Shown piece by piece: positions 6,476 through 10,407 of a stretch of 10,407 nt of DNA. The notes under the pieces were generated by a model. The model was not told the origin of the DNA, searched no databases, and saw nothing but the letters and a program-made list of their open reading frames with translations. The stretch lies in NCBI GenBank assembly GCA_041498975.1, contig JBGQJI010000088.1, positions 1 to 10,407 on the forward strand. Direction: 5' to 3'. The position numbers and the translations under genes were made by a program. Positions within the stretch are counted from its first letter, which is position 1. Each line of letters starts with the position of its first letter. The stretch is from Candidatus Methylomirabilis sp. GTDB taxonomy: Bacteria > Methylomirabilota > Methylomirabilia > Methylomirabilales > Methylomirabilaceae.

Positions 6476-7803
6476 CTTGGCTCCTCCGCTTCGACTTCGC
6501 TCAGGGCAGGCCCGCTTCGACTCGGCTCAGCGCAGGCTTCGACTGGCTCAGGACAGGCTTTTGCGAGCCATTCCCGGTAGTGACCCGGGTAGCCAACCTT
6601 TTCTTGCAGCGCGTTGACCTTCGCCTCGATGGCGGCGATCTGGTCGCGTGGGAGCGCGGGTTGGCCCTGCAGATGCTTCAGGACATGCTTGGCCACGAGT
6701 CGGCCGTGTTTCAGTGAGATCAGGATGTTCCCCTTGCCGGTCACGGCGTTCCCGAGGGCAAACACTCCCGGTAGCCCCTCCACTTCCCCGCTGTTCTCGT
6801 CCCTGATCCGATACAACTCTCCTGCCATCGCAATACCCTGGATCGGTTCGGGGATGCTTCCGACGGAGCTGATCACCAGGGGCGCTCGCACCTCCGTTTC
6901 GGTGCCGGGCTTGATGACCGCCCTGTCGTCTTTCACTTCGGTCTCGGCGAACGTCAGGCCGACCAACCGGTCGCCCTCAGCGATGAGCCCGACCGGGACA
7001 TGCCGATCGTGAAAGGTAAAGAGGTACTTGTCCAGGAAATTCTGAAGTAGCTTTCGCCTGACCATTCCGATCTTGGCTAGCTGCTCCGGCGTGGGGTTGT
7101 CGGGCGGCTCGGCGAGTGGCATGTCCTCGACACGCCGGCGATAGTAAAGGGTGCACCCCTTGACGCCCAGGTCAGCCATCGTGACCCCCAGCGCGTCGAG
7201 CGACCGCCTGATCCCCTTGTGCTCCAGTTCCAGCATCTCGCCGGGCAGTCCCCTCGCCTTCATGGCACGTCCCACCGCCTCGAGCTGGAGGATCTTCACC
7301 ACGTCGAGCGAGGCGAGACCTCCGCCCACCACAATGGCGCCGTCCGGGGTCTCGCACTTCGGGCCGTCGTAGTTCGGCTCCTCGTAGTGGTTGAACCAGT
7401 AGACGAACGGATTCTGATAGTGGAAGCCGCGGTCGACGTAAGCGTCGATTTCGGGGATCGGAAGCGGCCGGTCTCGCCAGGCGCCCACGGCAAGGCAGAC
7501 GGCACTCAGTCCCCACCCCAGGACCTCTTCCAGGGCGATGTCCCGGCCGAGCTTGGTCAAGGGAATGAAGCGAACGTTGGGGTGGTCCAGCTTCGCATTG
7601 ATTTTGTCGTACTCCTGTCTCCGCAGTTTGACGTGCCAGCGAGGGAGGCCATCCTCGATCTTGCCATACGGTCTCGTATTCTGATCCATCGCGATCGTCA
7701 GGATGCCCTGCTGGGCGAACTGGGCGACCGCCTCGGACCCGGCAACCGCGCAACCCGCGACCAGCACGACCTTCCGCGCGGACGCCTCAAACGCAGAACT
7801 CAA
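6472..7803 (-). CDS. FAD-dependent NAD(P)H oxidoreductase, ferredoxin-NADP+ reductase (FprA/adrenodoxin reductase/GltD-core)-like
   Basis: TTG at 7803 lies 7 nt after SD GAGGAGG (7817-7811), giving 443 aa. FAD Rossmann variant VAGCAVAG, PYGKIEDGLP, LAVGA, NADPH site VVGGGLAS plus YYRRR, and GVFALGN. No N-terminal Fe-S cysteine cluster. Confidence 0.85.
   Translation of the reverse strand: MSSAFEASARKVVLVAGCAVAGSEAVAQFAQQGILTIAMDQNTRPYGKIEDGLPRWHVKLRRQEYDKINAKLDHPNVRFIPLTKLGRDIALEEVLGWGLSAVCLAVGAWRDRPLPIPEIDAYVDRGFHYQNPFVYWFNHYEEPNYDGPKCETPDGAIVVGGGLASLDVVKILQLEAVGRAMKARGLPGEMLELEHKGIRRSLDALGVTMADLGVKGCTLYYRRRVEDMPLAEPPDNPTPEQLAKIGMVRRKLLQNFLDKYLFTFHDRHVPVGLIAEGDRLVGLTFAETEVKDDRAVIKPGTETEVRAPLVISSVGSIPEPIQGIAMAGELYRIRDENSGEVEGLPGVFALGNAVTGKGNILISLKHGRLVAKHVLKHLQGQPALPRDQIAAIEAKVNALQEKVGYPGHYREWLAKACPEPVEACAEPSRSGPALSEVEAEEPS
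6488..6558. repeat. Three tandem ~22-bp imperfect palindromic (REP-like) units inside the flavoprotein 3' end
   Basis: GCTTCGACTTCGCTCAGGGCAG (6488-6509), GCTTCGACTCGGCTCAGCGCAG (6514-6535) and GCTTCGACTGGCTCAGGACAG (6536-6556). Confidence 0.85.
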
Positions 7804-7933
7804 AAATAGGCCTCCTCGCGATGAATTCGAAAAGCCGTGATCGCCGCCCCGGCACTTGCTGGCCACGGACAGAGGCGGAGAAGAAGGCCAGTGGACTTCT
7901 GAAGTGTCTGCCGTGTTTGCGTGCCCTGCTCAT
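7787..7933 (-). CDS. Possible 48-aa leader ORF overlapping the flavoprotein start
   Basis: AGAGGAA-cat-ATG just downstream of the predicted promoter. Encodes MSRARKHGRHFRSPLAFFSASVRGQQVPGRRSRLFEFIARRPIFEFCV and overlaps the flavoprotein gene by 17 nt. Confidence 0.3.
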   Translation of the reverse strand: MSRARKHGRHFRSPLAFFSASVRGQQVPGRRSRLFEFIARRPIFEFCV

Positions 7934-7955
7934 ATGTTCCTCTGAAAACGAGCAG

Positions 7956-7984
7956 ACCCTATCGTGTTTCGCCGAGCCCGTCAA
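7956..7984 (-). promoter_or_regulatory. Putative sigma70 promoter for the flavoprotein-Zn finger-lipoprotein operon
   Basis: -35 TTGACG (7984-7979), 17-nt spacer, -10 TAGGGT (7961-7956). Confidence 0.55.
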
Positions 7985-8045
7985 GCCAAGATTGGTAGAC
8001 CAGAGTGGTCGTGACGGCGCGCGAAGCGGGCCTGGAAGCCACTGG

Positions 8046-8177
8046 TTATCTTCCTCTCGACGATTTGCCAGGCTTGATCTTGCGAAGCTTCGGGACCAGC
8101 TTGATGATTCCACGCTTATCGCGAGCCGGCCCGGGCTGACGAAGTTTCGGCATGGCCCCTCGATCACGCTTCCCCAT
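8046..8177 (-). CDS. Small highly basic protein (43 aa)
   Basis: MGKRDRGAMPKLRQPGPARDKRGIIKLVPKLRKIKPGKSSRGR has 16 K/R against 2 D. SD AAGGGAG lies 6 nt upstream of ATG 8177, with a promoter-like sequence immediately upstream. Confidence 0.5.
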   Translation of the reverse strand: MGKRDRGAMPKLRQPGPARDKRGIIKLVPKLRKIKPGKSSRGR

Positions 8178-8196
8178 TCTCTGCTCCCTTGCGGCT

Positions 8197-8225
8197 AGTC
8201 TTGGGGTAGGCCGTCTTTGAATCAA
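8197..8225 (-). promoter_or_regulatory. Possible sigma70 promoter for the small basic ORF
   Basis: -35 TTGATT (8225-8220), 17-nt spacer, imperfect -10 AAGACT (8202-8197). Confidence 0.3.
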
Positions 8226-8236
8226 CCAAGGTTCTC

Positions 8237-8263
8237 TCATTGCGAGCGACGCGAAGCAATCTC
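8237..8263. repeat. Single small palindromic (REP/RPE-like) element overlapping the kinase stop codon
   Basis: TCATTGCGAGCGACGCGAAGCAATCTC has an ATTGC/GCAAT stem with internal GA/GAA mismatches around GCG-A-CGC. It resembles, from recall, the GTCATTGCGAGCGAAGCGAAGCAATC type of dispersed bacterial repeat. Confidence 0.65.
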
Positions 8264-9290
8264 ATCCCTCCAGTTCGTGGCGGCGAACGACGAGACCTCG
8301 CGTATTGACGGCGCAGGGCAGGATCCTGGCGCCAGCCCCTTCAGCGAGGGCGATCAGCCGTGCCCTTGCCTCGGGTTCGATGACGAGGGCGAGGCACCCA
8401 CCACCACCAGCCCCGCAGACCCTTGCGCCGAGGGCGCCAGCCTGACGGAGGGCGCGTATCAACCTGTCGATGGATGGGGTACTCATCGTCGGGAGGGAGC
8501 GCCGCCGTATCTCCCAGTCCCTGTTCAGCAACTCGGCGATGCTGGCCAAGTCCTCCCGGATGAAGGCGTCCCGCATGGAGACGGCGTTATCCTTCAATGC
8601 TTCGAAGAGGGCGACGGTCTTCCGGTCCCCCTCGATATGGCGCTTGAACAGATCCCAGTTATTGGCTCCAGAGAAACGCGGCCTTCCGAGGTAGAGGAGA
8701 AGGAGGTGCCGCTCGAGCTGCGTGAGGAACGCCTTATTGGCGATCGGGATCCGGCGGATGCCGGTCAGCCCATATTCGATGGCGCTGGCGCCCCCATAGG
8801 CAGCGGCGTAGTAGTCCTGATAGCCGGTGGGGACATGGATCGCTTGGGTCTCGATGCTCCTCGCCTGCTCGATCAGCGTCGTTCGGTTGAGCCGTCGGCG
8901 TGCGACGGCGGCCATTGCCGCGGCTGTCGCCACGGCCAGCGCTGACGAGCCGCCGGTTCCGGCGCCGGCCGGAGCCTGACAGTCGGTTCGGATATCCAGG
9001 CCGGTGTCGGGCGCGAGGGATCGAATTAACCTGGCCACGAGCTCCAGGAACGGCTCCTGGGACCAGGAGATCTTCTCTCGCGACGGCCAGTGCAGTTGCC
9101 TCTGTTGATCGACAGCGAGGAGCCGGATCGCCCGCCCCGCTCGCCGTCGGACGCGAACCTCGGCTAGGAGCTCGATCGCGACATTGATGGTGATCGCCGG
9201 TTGATGAAAGAGGTACAAGGGCGGGATGTCCAGCGTGCCGCCCGCAAAGTCGATGCGCGTCGGAGCGGAGGCAACGATCAGCCCGGTCAT
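8262..9290 (-). CDS. GHMP-superfamily sugar kinase (HddA / heptose-7-phosphate kinase-like)
   Basis: APTRIDFAGGTLD (motif 1), PAGAGTGGSSA (motif 2, cf. PxGxGLGSS), TGYQDYYAAAYGG and CGAGGGG (motif 3). ATGA overlap with the HAD gene. Confidence 0.9.
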   Translation of the reverse strand: MTGLIVASAPTRIDFAGGTLDIPPLYLFHQPAITINVAIELLAEVRVRRRAGRAIRLLAVDQQRQLHWPSREKISWSQEPFLELVARLIRSLAPDTGLDIRTDCQAPAGAGTGGSSALAVATAAAMAAVARRRLNRTTLIEQARSIETQAIHVPTGYQDYYAAAYGGASAIEYGLTGIRRIPIANKAFLTQLERHLLLLYLGRPRFSGANNWDLFKRHIEGDRKTVALFEALKDNAVSMRDAFIREDLASIAELLNRDWEIRRRSLPTMSTPSIDRLIRALRQAGALGARVCGAGGGGCLALVIEPEARARLIALAEGAGARILPCAVNTRGLVVRRHELEG

Positions 9291-10054
9291 GAGAGGAGAA
9301 CCTCATCAAGGCTCCAGCACCGATGGTGGGGCAAGCGGGAAGGGATGGAGAGATACTTGACAGCTTCGCGGAACCGATCCCGAACGCTCGTGTTCCCCTC
9401 TTCGAGGGCGGATGGCTCCACGCGGCAGATCAGATGCGTCAGCAATCCCGGGCTGCGCGCCTTCATCGCATCGAGTTCGGCCGGGTTGTTGTCGACGGCA
9501 TGGAGCTCTCCATAGCACAGTCCGAGGTCATCGAGCAAGGCCGCCTTGCCCTCCTGCTTAGCGGTGTACACGACATCCTGAAAGTACGGCAGGAGCCCAG
9601 AGGCGCGCACCTTATAGCCCTGCCAGGCAGGGTCGCCGAAGGAAAGCAAGATCAGGTCGAACCCCCGGTGGCGCGCGGCGTTCAGGAACCTCAGGACATC
9701 GGGGAACAGGTATCGATTGAGGTCGGAGAATGCGGAATCCAGGGCGGCCAGCATCGTCGCTCCCATCGCTGGTCCGGAGATCGCGCCACGCCGGTTAAGT
9801 TCCTCGAGGTGCTTCGCAAGAGAGTAGCCAGAAGGCCAGATTGTCTCGTAGCTTTTCTCCCAGGCGTCCCCTGGGACACGGAACCGGGCAAAGGCAGACC
9901 GCAGATCGACCCAGAAGAAGCGATCGGTATCGAAGAGGGTGTGATCGAAGTCCAGGAGGATGCCTCGCCGCCCGCCATCGGGAGAACGCTCCTCATTCTC
10001 TTCAGGGTCAGCCTCTGCCACCCAGGCCTGTGGCTGTTCAGGACACATGTGCAT
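9287..10054 (-). CDS. HAD-superfamily hydrolase (probable phosphatase)
   Basis: Motif I LLDFDHTLFDT (DxDxT), motif II LLSFG, motif III Lys (EGKA) and motif IV AVDNN, with a helical cap after motif I. The start could be 10054 or 10048. Confidence 0.85.
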   Translation of the reverse strand: MHMCPEQPQAWVAEADPEENEERSPDGGRRGILLDFDHTLFDTDRFFWVDLRSAFARFRVPGDAWEKSYETIWPSGYSLAKHLEELNRRGAISGPAMGATMLAALDSAFSDLNRYLFPDVLRFLNAARHRGFDLILLSFGDPAWQGYKVRASGLLPYFQDVVYTAKQEGKAALLDDLGLCYGELHAVDNNPAELDAMKARSPGLLTHLICRVEPSALEEGNTSVRDRFREAVKYLSIPSRLPHHRCWSLDEVLLS

Positions 10055-10406
10055 CCAAATGGCGCCTTGCTATCCGGAAGATTCGCTGGAACATCGTGTC
10101 GGTCAGCCTGCCGGTTTGGGTGTTCTGCTGACTTGGATGATAGGACGCAAGCAAGACGAGTCGGTCATGAAGGGGCACAATAAGCCCATGTCCAAAGCGC
10201 GGTCTCGGCGTCGGGAGGCGGATGCCACGGACTTCCATGGCCTCCAGACAGACGCGAAAGGCGATCTGCCCGAGCGCCACGATCACCCTGACCTGCCGGA
10301 GTAACGCCAACTCCTCCAGGAGGAAAGGACGGCAACGCCGGAGTTCGGCCGGGGTCGGCTTGTTCTCAGGCGGGGCACAGCGGACGGCGGCCGTGACGTA
10401 GCAGTC
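10038..10406 (-). CDS. udgB: Family-5 uracil-DNA glycosylase (UdgB-type), C-terminal part (5' truncated)
   Basis: The frame is open from the window edge: DCYVTAAVRCAPPENKPTPAELRRCRPFLLEEL...VIVALGQIAF...FGHG...SYHPSQQNTQTGRLT. VRCAPPxNKP and HPSxxNT are family-5 UDG hallmarks. Confidence 0.93.
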   Translation of the reverse strand, partial: DCYVTAAVRCAPPENKPTPAELRRCRPFLLEELALLRQVRVIVALGQIAFRVCLEAMEVRGIRLPTPRPRFGHGLIVPLHDRLVLLASYHPSQQNTQTGRLTDTMFQRIFRIARRHLDAHVS

Positions 10407-10407
10407 G

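Noticed and set aside
6488..6558. Tandem repeats as a CRISPR array
   Set aside because: The units are degenerate, separated by 0-4 nt with no unique spacers, and no cas genes are present.
7804..7866. ORF-track N-terminal extension of the flavoprotein
   Set aside because: A strong SD 7 nt before TTG 7803, and the Rossmann strand starting about 10 residues later, favour the shorter start.
7999..8046. ACCAGAGTGG/CCACTGGT inverted repeat as a terminator
   Set aside because: The stem is bulged, the loop is about 30 nt and there is no U-tract.
9287..10054. Naming the HAD gene gmhB and the kinase hddA
   Set aside because: The GmhB DRDG and CxCRKP motifs are absent, and kinase specificity cannot be read from motifs alone.
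864..10304. Long alternative-frame and antisense ORFs (e.g. 864-1676, 2117-2770, 3104-3784, 3952-4917, 8217-8945, 9323-10183)
   Set aside because: They overlap well-supported genes, lack recognisable motifs and are expected shadow ORFs in GC-rich DNA.

Overview
GC-rich bacterial window, probably from a diderm because it carries a TonB-dependent receptor; the taxon cannot be determined. Two gene blocks converge. The plus strand (1-4950) carries the 3' end of a TonB-dependent receptor, a divergent phenylacetate-CoA-ligase-like adenylate-forming enzyme and a complete NitT/TauT (SsuABC-type) ABC importer, which may form an import-and-activate module for an unknown organic acid. The minus strand (10407 to 5073) carries a truncated family-5 uracil-DNA glycosylase, a HAD hydrolase and a GHMP kinase. 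These are followed by a very basic 43-aa ORF, a structured ~145-nt leader containing a uORF, and a translationally coupled trio: a ferredoxin-NADP+ reductase-like flavoprotein, a 69-aa C4 zinc-finger protein and an uncharacterised lipoprotein. Small palindromic repeats occur at two gene ends: three tandem copies encode the flavoprotein tail, and one overlaps the kinase stop codon. No rRNA, tRNA, CRISPR array or transposase was seen. All calls come from reading motifs by eye; no database searches were run.
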